NCBI GenBank assembly: GCA_965221775.1
Contig: CBDCSU010000004.1
Span: 896,001-960,000 of the forward strand
DNA length: 64,000 bases
Source of the DNA: Candidatus Latescibacterota bacterium
Lineage (GTDB): Bacteria; Latescibacterota; UBA2968; UBA8231
Reading direction: 5' to 3'
Shown: one piece after another, positions 10,657-20,305 of the stretch
Numbering within the stretch: the stretch's first letter is position 1
How the letters are laid out: each line of letters starts with the position of its first letter
The notes under the pieces: generated by a model
Told to the model about the DNA's origin: nothing
The model's input: the letters and a program-made list of their open reading frames with translations, nothing else
The model's database searches: none
Position numbers and translations under genes: made by a program

Positions 10657-10685
10657 AAGCTATCTCCGGGGGCCGCAGAGGTCAA
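10657..10685 (-). promoter_or_regulatory. Sigma-70-like promoter for the YfhO-DUF2723-helicase operon
   Basis: Minus strand TTGACC-N17-TAGCTT. Confidence 0.55.
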
Positions 10686-10693
10686 TCGGAGAT

Positions 10694-10722
10694 TTGCCGT
10701 AACCTCAAGTCCGGCCTACATT
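10694..10722 (+). promoter_or_regulatory. Sigma-70-like promoter for the heptose operon
   Basis: TTGCCG-N17-TACATT, back-to-back with the divergent promoter. Confidence 0.55.
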
Positions 10723-10767
10723 TGGAGCCTTTCGGAAGAACCCCCTGGATCCCCCGGAAGCCGGAAC

Positions 10768-11910
10768 ATGGAGAGAATCCTGGTCACCGGAGGCGCCGGC
10801 TTCATCGGCTCCCACACCGTCGACCTGCTCCTCGAGCGCGGCTACGAGGTCCGCGTCTTCGACGCCCTGCAGGAACGCGTCCATCCCAAGGGCTGGCCGG
10901 ACTACCTGCCGGCCGAGGTCGACCGGGTCCGCGGCGACGTGCGCGACGCCGGCGCTCTCCGGCGGGCCCTGGAGGGCGTCGACGGCGTCATCCACCTGGC
11001 GGCCTACCAGGACTACATGCCCGACTTCAGCACCTACTTCGCCGTCAACACGGTGGGCACGGCGCTGCTCTTCGAGATCGCCGTCTCCCGGCGCCTGCCG
11101 CTGCGCAAGGTCGTGCTGGCCTCCTCCCAGGCCGTGTACGGGGAGGGGAGCTACCGCTGCGCCCGGTGCGGGACGGTCCACCCCCCGGCCCGGTCGCGGG
11201 ACCAGCTTTCCCGGGGCGACTGGGAGGTCCGCTGCCCCTCCTGCGGCGGCCCCGCCGAGCCCCTGACCCTGACCGAGGACCTGCCCCTCCACCCGCACAC
11301 GGCGTACGGCATCTCCAAGTACTCCCTGGAGATGGCGGCCCTGAACCTGGGCCGGCGCTACGGCATCCCGGTGACCAACATGCGCTACTCCATCGTCCAG
11401 GGGCCGCGCAACTCCTTCTACAACGCCTACAGCGGCGTCGCCCGGATCTTCACCCTGCAGCTGCTCCACGACCAGGCCCCGGTGATCTATGAGGACGGCC
11501 GCCAGCGGCGGGACTACGTCCACGTGGAGGACGTGGCCCGCGCCAACCTGCTCGCCCTCGAGGACGACCGCACCGACTTCACCAACCTGAACGTCCCCGG
11601 CCGGGGGGCCACCACCGTGGTCGAGGTGGCGCGGATGCTGTCCGCCATCTGCGGCAAGGAGGGCCTCGAGCCCGAGATCACCGGCGAGTACCGCCTGGGC
11701 GACGCCCGCCACACGGTCTCCTCGGGGGAGCGCATCGGCGGCCTCGGGTGGCGCCCGGGAGCCGCGCCCGAGGAGTTCCTGCGCGATTACGTGGAATGGG
11801 TGCGCGAACAGCCGGACTTGGGCGAGTTCTACGCGCGCAGCCGCAGGAACATGCGCGCCGCCGGCGTCATCAACCGGTCCTCGCCCCCCGGGGCGGAGCA
11901 GGCGGCGTGA
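10768..11910 (+). CDS. NAD-dependent nucleotide-sugar epimerase/dehydratase (extended SDR) with CxxC..CxxC insert
   Basis: ILVTGGAGFIGSH, HLAA, ASSQAVYGEG, YGISK, YEDGRQRRDYVHVEDVARAN. Confidence 0.9.
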   Translation: MERILVTGGAGFIGSHTVDLLLERGYEVRVFDALQERVHPKGWPDYLPAEVDRVRGDVRDAGALRRALEGVDGVIHLAAYQDYMPDFSTYFAVNTVGTALLFEIAVSRRLPLRKVVLASSQAVYGEGSYRCARCGTVHPPARSRDQLSRGDWEVRCPSCGGPAEPLTLTEDLPLHPHTAYGISKYSLEMAALNLGRRYGIPVTNMRYSIVQGPRNSFYNAYSGVARIFTLQLLHDQAPVIYEDGRQRRDYVHVEDVARANLLALEDDRTDFTNLNVPGRGATTVVEVARMLSAICGKEGLEPEITGEYRLGDARHTVSSGERIGGLGWRPGAAPEEFLRDYVEWVREQPDLGEFYARSRRNMRAAGVINRSSPPGAEQAA

Positions 11911-12899
11911 TCACCACGCGGGCGCCCCTGAGGATCCCCCTCGGCGGGGGCGGCACCGACCTGCCCTCCTACGCCGGCCGCCACGGCGGCTTCATCCTCT
12001 CCGCCGCCATCGACAAGTACGTATACATCCAGCTCAACGCCCTCCAGGTGGAGGACTTCGTGCGCGTCAAGTACTCCCGCACCGAGCGCGTCGACGATGT
12101 CGCCGACCTGGAGCACCCGCTGCTGCGCGAGTCCCTCCTGCACCTCGGCATCGACGGCGGCCTCGAGATCGGCGCCATGGCCGACGTGCCGGGGCGCACC
12201 GGCCTGGGCTCCTCCGGGGCGTTCACCGTGGCCCTCCTGGCGGCCCTGCGCCAGTTCGCGGGGCGGCCGCTGCCGCGGGCCCACCTGGCCGACGAGGCCC
12301 ACCACGTGGAGACGGCGCGCGCCGGCCAGCCGGCGGGCAAGCACGACCACTACCTGGCCGCCTTCGGGGGCCTCACCTGCCTCGACATCGGCACCGGGGG
12401 CCGCGTGTCGGTGAGCGGCCCCCGCGTCTCCGGCCAGACCCTGGGCCAGCTTCGGGACCGCCTCGTCCTGCTCTACACCGGCATCCAGCGCGAGAGCTTC
12501 GACATCCTCTCCCAGCAGGAGGAGGAGACGCGCGCCGGCAAGGCCTCCGTCGTCGACGGCCTGCACGAGATCAAGGCCCTCGGCCTGCGCATCCGCGACG
12601 CCCTGGAGGTCGGCGACCTCGACCGCTTCGGCGAGCTGCTGCACACCCACTGGGAGACCAAGAAGAGGCGCTCGACGAAGATGTCGAACCCCGAGATCGA
12701 CCGCTGGTACGACGAGGCGAGGCGCGCCGGCGCCCTCGGGGGCAAGCTGATGGGGGCCGGCGGCGGCGGCTTCCTGATGTTCTATACTCCCCCCGGGGCC
12801 CGCGAGGCCCTGCGGCGGCGGATGCGGGAGGAGGGCCTGCGCGAGATGGGCTTCCGCTTCGACACCGAAGGCGCCAAGGTGCTGACCAACACCGGGTGA
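11907..12899 (+). CDS. hddA: GHMP kinase, D-glycero-alpha-D-manno-heptose-7-phosphate kinase (HddA-like)
   Basis: RAPLRIPLGGGGTDLPSY, SAAIDKYVY, ADVPGRTGLGSSGAF, GKHDHY, GGKLMGAGGGGF. Confidence 0.8.
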   Translation: MITTRAPLRIPLGGGGTDLPSYAGRHGGFILSAAIDKYVYIQLNALQVEDFVRVKYSRTERVDDVADLEHPLLRESLLHLGIDGGLEIGAMADVPGRTGLGSSGAFTVALLAALRQFAGRPLPRAHLADEAHHVETARAGQPAGKHDHYLAAFGGLTCLDIGTGGRVSVSGPRVSGQTLGQLRDRLVLLYTGIQRESFDILSQQEEETRAGKASVVDGLHEIKALGLRIRDALEVGDLDRFGELLHTHWETKKRRSTKMSNPEIDRWYDEARRAGALGGKLMGAGGGGFLMFYTPPGAREALRRRMREEGLREMGFRFDTEGAKVLTNTG

Positions 12900-12900
12900 C

Positions 12901-13500
12901 ATGAGCAACAGGGACTACATCGACGCCTACCTCGCCCGCATGGGCGCCATCCTCGACGACCTGCCGCGGCCGCAGATCGACGCCGCCATCGACCTCCTCT
13001 TCGAGGCCTGGGGCTCGGGGAAGGCGGTCTACCTGGCCGGCAACGGCGGCTCCGCGTCGACGGCGAGCCACTTCGCCTGCGACCTCGCCAAGTGGACCTT
13101 GTGCGAGGGCAAGCCGCGCTTCCGGGTCCTGGCCCTGACCGACAACATGCCCCTCTTCAGCGCCCTGATGAACGACGAGGGCCCGGACTCGGTCTACGCC
13201 GGGCAGGTCGAGGCCTGGATCGGCGAAGGCGACGTGCTCGTCCTGATCAGCGTCCACGGCGGCTCCGGCGAGGGCAACGCCGGCGCCTGGTCGGGGAATC
13301 TGCTGAAGGCCCTGCAGGTCGCCAGGGACCGCGGCGCCCGGACCCTGGGCTTGAGCGGCTTCGACGGCGGCGCCCTGAAGCGGCTCGCCGACGTCTGCAT
13401 CGTCGTGCCCGTCGACTCCACGCCGCAGGTGGAGTCCTTCCACCTCGCCCTGCAGCACCTCATCTGTGACCGCCTGCGGCAGCGCATCGCCGCCGCCTGA
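12901..13500 (+). CDS. gmhA: Sedoheptulose-7-phosphate isomerase (SIS domain)
   Basis: GNGGSASTASHFACD, ALTDN..SALMND, GDVLVLISVHG, GLSGFDGG, QVESFHL..QH. Confidence 0.82.
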   Translation: MSNRDYIDAYLARMGAILDDLPRPQIDAAIDLLFEAWGSGKAVYLAGNGGSASTASHFACDLAKWTLCEGKPRFRVLALTDNMPLFSALMNDEGPDSVYAGQVEAWIGEGDVLVLISVHGGSGEGNAGAWSGNLLKALQVARDRGARTLGLSGFDGGALKRLADVCIVVPVDSTPQVESFHLALQHLICDRLRQRIAAA

Positions 13501-13513
13501 CCACGGAGGCAGC

Positions 13514-14179
13514 ATGGAGCTCTTCATCGACAGCGCCGACCTGGAGGAGGTCCGCCAGGCCGCCGCCCTGGGGGTGATCTCCGGGTGCACGACCAACCCC
13601 AAGCTGGCCGCCGCCGCCGAGCCCGGCAGCATGCGCCGGCGCGTGCAGGAGATCCTCGCCTGCGTCGACGGCCCGGTGAGCGTGGAGGTGGTGGCCGAGA
13701 GCGTCGACGGCATGCTCGACGAGGCCGCGGAGTACGCCGCCTGGGACGCGCGCGTCGTCGTCAAGATCCCCATGTCGATGGAGGGCCTGCGGGCGGTGCA
13801 CGTCCTCGAGCGCGAGCGCGACGTCCGGGTCAACGTGACCTGCATGATGAACTCCAGCCAGGCGGCCCTGGCGATGATGGCGGGAGCCAGCTACGTGAGC
13901 CTCTTCATCGGCCGCATCACCGACCTCGGCAACGACGCCGACGCCGCCATCGCCGAGACCGCCCGGTTCATCGAGCACGGCCGCTTCAAGGCGCGCATCA
14001 TCGCCGGCAGCATGCGCTCGGTGGGCGACATCCAGCGCTCCTTCCTCGCCGGCGCCCACATCGTCACCACCCCCTACCGGTTCCTGCCGGCCATGGTCCA
14101 CCACCCGCGCACGGTGGAGACGATCGACGAGTTCAAGGCCGCCTGGGACGAGGCCCGCGGGCGGGGCGGCCTCGAGTGA
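13514..14179 (+). CDS. tal: Transaldolase (short TalC/Fsa type)
   Basis: LFIDSAD, GCTTNP, VSVEV, VVKIP (Schiff-base Lys), VNVT, SLFIGR (Phe as in transaldolases), HPRT. Confidence 0.85.
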   Translation: MELFIDSADLEEVRQAAALGVISGCTTNPKLAAAAEPGSMRRRVQEILACVDGPVSVEVVAESVDGMLDEAAEYAAWDARVVVKIPMSMEGLRAVHVLERERDVRVNVTCMMNSSQAALAMMAGASYVSLFIGRITDLGNDADAAIAETARFIEHGRFKARIIAGSMRSVGDIQRSFLAGAHIVTTPYRFLPAMVHHPRTVETIDEFKAAWDEARGRGGLE

Positions 14180-15027
14180 CGGAGACGGCCCTCGATCTCG
14201 GGGGCGTCGAGGTCCGGCCGCTGCTCGGCGGGCGCATGCGCCTCGACGGCGGCGCCATGTTCGGCGTCGTGCCCCGGCCCCTGTGGGAGCGCGCCTGCCC
14301 CCCCGACGGCCGCCACCGCATCGACAACCCCTGCCGCTGCCTGCTGGTGCGCTGCCGCGGCGCCCTGGTCCTGGTCGACACCGGCTGCGGCGACCGCTTC
14401 GACGAGCGCTCGCGCGAGATCTTCGCCGTCGACCCGGAGGTCACCCTCCCGGGAGCGCTGCGCGAGGCCGGCGTCGCCCCGGGCGAGATCACCCACGTGG
14501 TGCTCACCCACCTGCACTTCGACCACGCCGCCGGCGCCCTGGTCCTGCGCGGCGGCGGCCTCCAGCCCGTCTTCCCCGGGGCCGTGCACGTGGTTCAGCG
14601 CGGCGAGTGGGAGGACGCCCGCGAGGGCGTCTCCATCATGCGCTCCAGCTATGCGCCCGACGACCTGGAGGCCCTGGCCGGCCTGCGCTGGCAGCTCACC
14701 GAGGGCGACGGCCCGGTCCTGCCGCAAGTCTCGGTGCAGGCCACGGGAGGCCACACCGGTCACCACCAGGCCGTCTGGGTGCACGGGTACGACCGCAGCC
14801 TCGTCTTCCCCGGCGACGTGCTGCCGTCGCGCCACCACCTGAGCCCGTACTGGATCATGGCCTACGACATGTTCCCCCACGATACCCTCGTGGTGAAGCA
14901 GGCCCTGGCGCGGCAGGTGCACGAGGAGGGCTGCGTCATCGCCTGGGACCACGACCCCGAGGGCCCTTTCAGCCGCCTGGTCCGAGGCGAACGGGGCGAG
15001 TACCGCGCCGCGGCCCCGGAGGGCTGA
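14176..15027 (+). CDS. MBL-fold metallo-hydrolase (YtnP-like)
   Basis: RLDGGAMFGVVPRPLW, LVDTG, THLHFDH, GGHTGHH, MAYD, WDHD. Confidence 0.85.
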   Translation: MTETALDLGGVEVRPLLGGRMRLDGGAMFGVVPRPLWERACPPDGRHRIDNPCRCLLVRCRGALVLVDTGCGDRFDERSREIFAVDPEVTLPGALREAGVAPGEITHVVLTHLHFDHAAGALVLRGGGLQPVFPGAVHVVQRGEWEDAREGVSIMRSSYAPDDLEALAGLRWQLTEGDGPVLPQVSVQATGGHTGHHQAVWVHGYDRSLVFPGDVLPSRHHLSPYWIMAYDMFPHDTLVVKQALARQVHEEGCVIAWDHDPEGPFSRLVRGERGEYRAAAPEG

Positions 15028-15081
15028 GGCGTCCGGCGCGCCGATAGCGGCCTGCCGCGGCACCGACTATACTGCTGCTCC

Positions 15082-15318
15082 ATGTCTCTCGAAGTCATCG
15101 AGTTGTCCGACAAGCACCGCCGCCTCCTCGACCGCCTGGGCGAGCTGATCCCCGATCTGGACCCGCAGCGGCCGCAGAGCCTGCAGCGCATCTTCGGCCT
15201 GGGCCTGATCGCCCTCACCATGCAGATCACCAGCAAGGCGCGTCAGGGCGAGAAGGAGGAGCTGGCCGAGGAACTGGGCACCCTCGCCCGCGACATGGTG
15301 GAGGAGGAGCAGTGGTAG
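15082..15318 (+). CDS. Small hypothetical helical protein, 78 aa
   Basis: Typical GC3 codon bias; TATACT -10 box 8 nt upstream of ATG; overlaps the next gene start. Confidence 0.65.
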   Translation: MSLEVIELSDKHRRLLDRLGELIPDLDPQRPQSLQRIFGLGLIALTMQITSKARQGEKEELAEELGTLARDMVEEEQW

Positions 15319-16088
15319 GCGGCTCCCCCGGCCTGTTCTGCCTCGAGGGGCGGACGGCCCTGGTCACCGGGGGCAGCAAGGGCCTGGGCGAGGCGATGGC
15401 CGCCGCCTTGTCCGGCGCCGGCGCCGACGTGGCCATCACCAGCCGCCACCTCGACGAGGCCCGGGCCGCCGCCGAGGCGATCGCCGCCGGCAGCGGCCGC
15501 GGGGTGGTCCCCCTCCAGGCCGATGCCGCCGACCGCGGCCAGGCCGAGGGCTCGGTGAGACAGGTCGTCGAGCGCTTCGGCCATCTCGACATCCTCGTGA
15601 ACAACGCCGGCGTCAACCTGCGGGCCCCGATCCTGGAGATGGAGGACGAGGCCTGGGAGACCGTCCTCGGCATCAACCTCACCGGGCCCTTCTACTACTG
15701 CCGCGCCGCCGGCCGGCACATGGTCGAGCGCGGCTACGGCCGGGTCATCAACATCGGCTCGACCTTGTCCTCCATCTCCATCCCCCACCGCACGCCGTAC
15801 GCCTCGAGCAAGGGCGGCATCCTGCAACTCACGCGCACCCTGGCCCTGGAGTGGGCGGGGACGGGGGTGACGGCCAACTGCATCTGTCCCGGACCCTTCG
15901 CCACGCCCATCAACAAGCCCCTTCTCGACGATCCCGAGGCGGCGCGGGCGATGCAGGACAAGGTCCCCCTGGGCCGCTGGGGCGATCCCGCCGAGCTGGC
16001 CACGGCGGTCCTCTACTTCGCCTCCCCCGCCTCCTCCTTCACCACCGGGGCGGCCCTCGTCGTCGACGGAGGCTACACCGCCCAGTGA
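15312..16088 (+). CDS. SDR oxidoreductase (gluconate-5-dehydrogenase/KduD-like)
   Basis: ALVTGGSKGLG, LVNNAG, YASSKGG, NCICPGPF, LVVDGGYTAQ. Confidence 0.9.
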   Translation: MVGGSPGLFCLEGRTALVTGGSKGLGEAMAAALSGAGADVAITSRHLDEARAAAEAIAAGSGRGVVPLQADAADRGQAEGSVRQVVERFGHLDILVNNAGVNLRAPILEMEDEAWETVLGINLTGPFYYCRAAGRHMVERGYGRVINIGSTLSSISIPHRTPYASSKGGILQLTRTLALEWAGTGVTANCICPGPFATPINKPLLDDPEAARAMQDKVPLGRWGDPAELATAVLYFASPASSFTTGAALVVDGGYTAQ

Positions 16089-16201
16089 GGTTGCCATGCA
16101 GGGGCCGGGCGCTATATTTCGCAGCCCACCCCTGGCATCGGCCAGCGGCCCGGACCCGGCGGCCGCCGTTTCACGACTCCTGACACCGCACCCAAGACCC
16201 C

Positions 16202-17023
16202 GTGGCCCAACCTGAGATCGTCGTCAGCGATTTGCGGTCGCCGTACGGGATCGCCTTCGACGCCGACGACGTCCTCTTCGTCTCCGAGTCCGCCGCCAAC
16301 CGCATCCTCCGCATCGAGGGCGGCCAGGCCCAGCTCTTCGCCCAGACCGGCCCGCGGCCGCTCGGCATCGCCTTCGACGACTCGGGCGATCTCTTCGTCG
16401 CCGAGAGCGGGCGCCATCACCTGATCCTCATCTCCCCGGACGAAGCGCTGGAGATCTACGCCCACAGCTGCAGGGGCCGGCGCTTCATCAGCCCCCGGCA
16501 GCTCTGCTTCGAGCCCACCGGCGACATCCTCTTCAGCGACCCGGGGCACGGCGAGGACGGCGGCGGCTCGGTGTACCGCGCCGATCTCGACGGCGAGGTG
16601 ACCGAGGTCATCAGCGGGCTGTCGTCTCCGGCGGGGATGGTGCTCTCGGAAGACGCGGCCGTCCTCTATGTCTCCGAGCGCGGCAGCCGGCGCATCCTCT
16701 CCCTGGAGATGGACGACGAGGGCCGGCCCCGGAGCCAGCAGGTGTTCTTCGAGTTCGGCGAGGACCCCGGCGCCGAGGACCTGCTCTTCGACGCCCGCGG
16801 GCAGCTCTACGCGAGCGCCCCCGGCGCCGGCATCGTGGTCATCGATCCGGAGGGCCGCCGCCAGGGCCTCATCGAGGTCCCCGGAGGCGAGGTGGCGGCC
16901 ATGACCTTCGGCGGCCTCGAGTACGACCGGCTCTTCGTCGCCGAGTCGAAGACGGGTTGCGTGTACGGCCTGGCCCTGGAAGTGGCGGGCCAGCGCCCCT
17001 TCGCCGGACCCCGTTCGATCTGA
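16202..17023 (+). CDS. SMP-30/gluconolactonase/LRE family beta-propeller
   Basis: Repeated P.GIAFD..G.LFVAE blades, FGGLEYDRLFV; upstream TTGCCA-N16-TATATT. Confidence 0.8.
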   Translation: MAQPEIVVSDLRSPYGIAFDADDVLFVSESAANRILRIEGGQAQLFAQTGPRPLGIAFDDSGDLFVAESGRHHLILISPDEALEIYAHSCRGRRFISPRQLCFEPTGDILFSDPGHGEDGGGSVYRADLDGEVTEVISGLSSPAGMVLSEDAAVLYVSERGSRRILSLEMDDEGRPRSQQVFFEFGEDPGAEDLLFDARGQLYASAPGAGIVVIDPEGRRQGLIEVPGGEVAAMTFGGLEYDRLFVAESKTGCVYGLALEVAGQRPFAGPRSI

Positions 17024-17033
17024 GCCCCCGGCG

Positions 17034-17818
17034 CTACCGCCGCCGCATCCGCCCCCAGACCACCCCGAAGACCGACCGAAGCTCCCCGGCGCGAGCCTGC
17101 GCATCCGGATGGCCAGGCCGACCCAGCGGTCGGCCACGTGCAGCCGGCGCTGCCGCTCCATGGCGCGCAGGACCTCGGCCGCCGCCTCTTCGGAGCTCTT
17201 CGACGGCACCTGTCCGAAGCGCTTCATGGGGGTCCGGGAGACCTCGTGGAACCCCGAGTGCACGAGGCCGGGCTCGACGACGGTGACCGAGACCCCCGTG
17301 CCGTGCAGCTCGTGGGCCAGGCTCTCGCCGAGACCGGTGACGGCGAACTTCGTCGCCCCGTACACGGCGTGGTCCGGCGACGGCAGCTCGCCGAGGACGC
17401 TGGAGACGAAGACCAACTGACCCCGCCTTCGGCGCAGCATCGACGGCAGCACCCGGTGGGTCGTGTGGATCACCCCCATCAGGTTGGTCTCGACCACGGC
17501 CCGGTGGTCGGCGAGGGGGACCTCCTCGAAGGGGCCGTACGCCCCCCGGCCGGCGTTGTTCACCAGCACCTCGATCTCCCCCAGCCCGGCCTCGACGCGC
17601 TCGCAGAGGCCGGCCACCGCCTCGGCGTCGGATACGTCGCAGGGCAGGACCAGCGGCCGCGCGCCGGTCAGGGCCGCCGTCTCCTCCAGGGGGCCGGGGC
17701 GGCGCCCCACCAGCGCCAGACGGGCCCCTCTCGAGGCCAGGGCCACGGCCAGGGCGCGGCCGATGCCGCCGCCGGCCCCGGTGACCACCACCACGGCGTC
17801 GCGGTAGTCGCGGCCCAC
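17034..17818 (-). CDS. SDR oxidoreductase, with an apparent 1-bp deletion near the C-terminus (about 17078)
   Basis: VVVTGAGGGIG, LVNNAG, YGATKFAV, VVEPG; as sequenced it reads through antisense across the lactonase gene, whereas adding one base gives ...FRSVFGVVWGRMRRR-stop at 17034. Confidence 0.75.
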
Positions 17819-17876
17819 GGGGTCAGCTCCGGGCGGACGCCGGGAAGGAGCCGTGCCCACTTTCCCGGGGGTGGTT

Positions 17877-18070
17877 TATTCCCGATATGGGAATAGACCG
17901 CGAGAGGCTCGTTGTCAAACAGGGAATATGCATTATCTTGTTTTCTGAATTGAATTTAGGACAATTCTCCAGGAATGACGCGACGCTCATTTTCTCGAAA
18001 AGGCAATTCGCATGGATTTACCTGGATGGTAAGAGTCGGATACATAACTCGTTGTTCTGCAACGAATTGA
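17877..18070. promoter_or_regulatory. AT-rich upstream region with palindromes (candidate enhancer-binding-protein sites) and IHF-like sites
   Basis: TATTCCC-N5-GGGAATA (17877-17895), AATGA-N8-TCATT (17974-17991), TAACTCGTTGTTCTGCAACGAATTG (about 18046-18069) resembling WATCAANNNNTTR on both strands. Confidence 0.5.
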
Positions 18071-18097
18071 CAGTGGATATCGGATGGCCGCCCTTCC

Positions 18098-18113
18098 TGG
18101 CACGGCCCTTGCA
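18098..18113 (+). promoter_or_regulatory. Sigma-54 (RpoN) -24/-12 promoter of groESL
   Basis: TGGCACGGCCCTTGCA is an exact match to TGGCAC-N5-TTGCW, about 70 nt upstream of groES. Confidence 0.8.
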
Positions 18114-18185
18114 CATTGAACCGGCGCCGATGTCCCATTCCCCGGAGGTCGATTGCGGCCTCCCCTTCCCGAAAAGGAGCGCATC

Positions 18186-20125
<1,940 letters not shown>

Positions 20126-20177
20126 ACGCATCCGGGGCGGCCCCGGGCCGCCGCCGGTCTACAAGCGGACGAAGGCA

Positions 20178-20218
20178 GAGAGGGCGGGCGCCGAGAGGCT
20201 CCCGCCCTCTCCTCTTTT
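20178..20218 (+). terminator. Intrinsic terminator after groEL
   Basis: 11-bp stem GAGAGGGCGGG/CCCGCCCTCTC followed by CTCTTTT. Confidence 0.65.
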
Positions 20219-20305
20219 CGCCCCCGCCCTTGAGCGCGGCCCCTGCCTGCATACCGTTCTGCCGCGGCACGAATCCCACCCACCCGCGACAGGACACGAA
20301 TCCCC

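Noticed and set aside
8227-10767. Very long ORFs in the track (8227..11910, 6239..10411, 22531..26385, 22590..26738, 30840..34007 and others)
   Set aside because: Shadow or antisense frames typical of high-GC DNA (Arg/Pro/Gly/Ala-rich, no motifs); where real, only their 3' portions are genes and starts were re-called
17861-18185. CIRCE element or horizontally acquired fragment in the AT-rich region before groES
   Set aside because: No TTAGCACTC-N9-GAGTGCTAA and no mobile-element ends; the composition is explained by a sigma-54/IHF regulatory region
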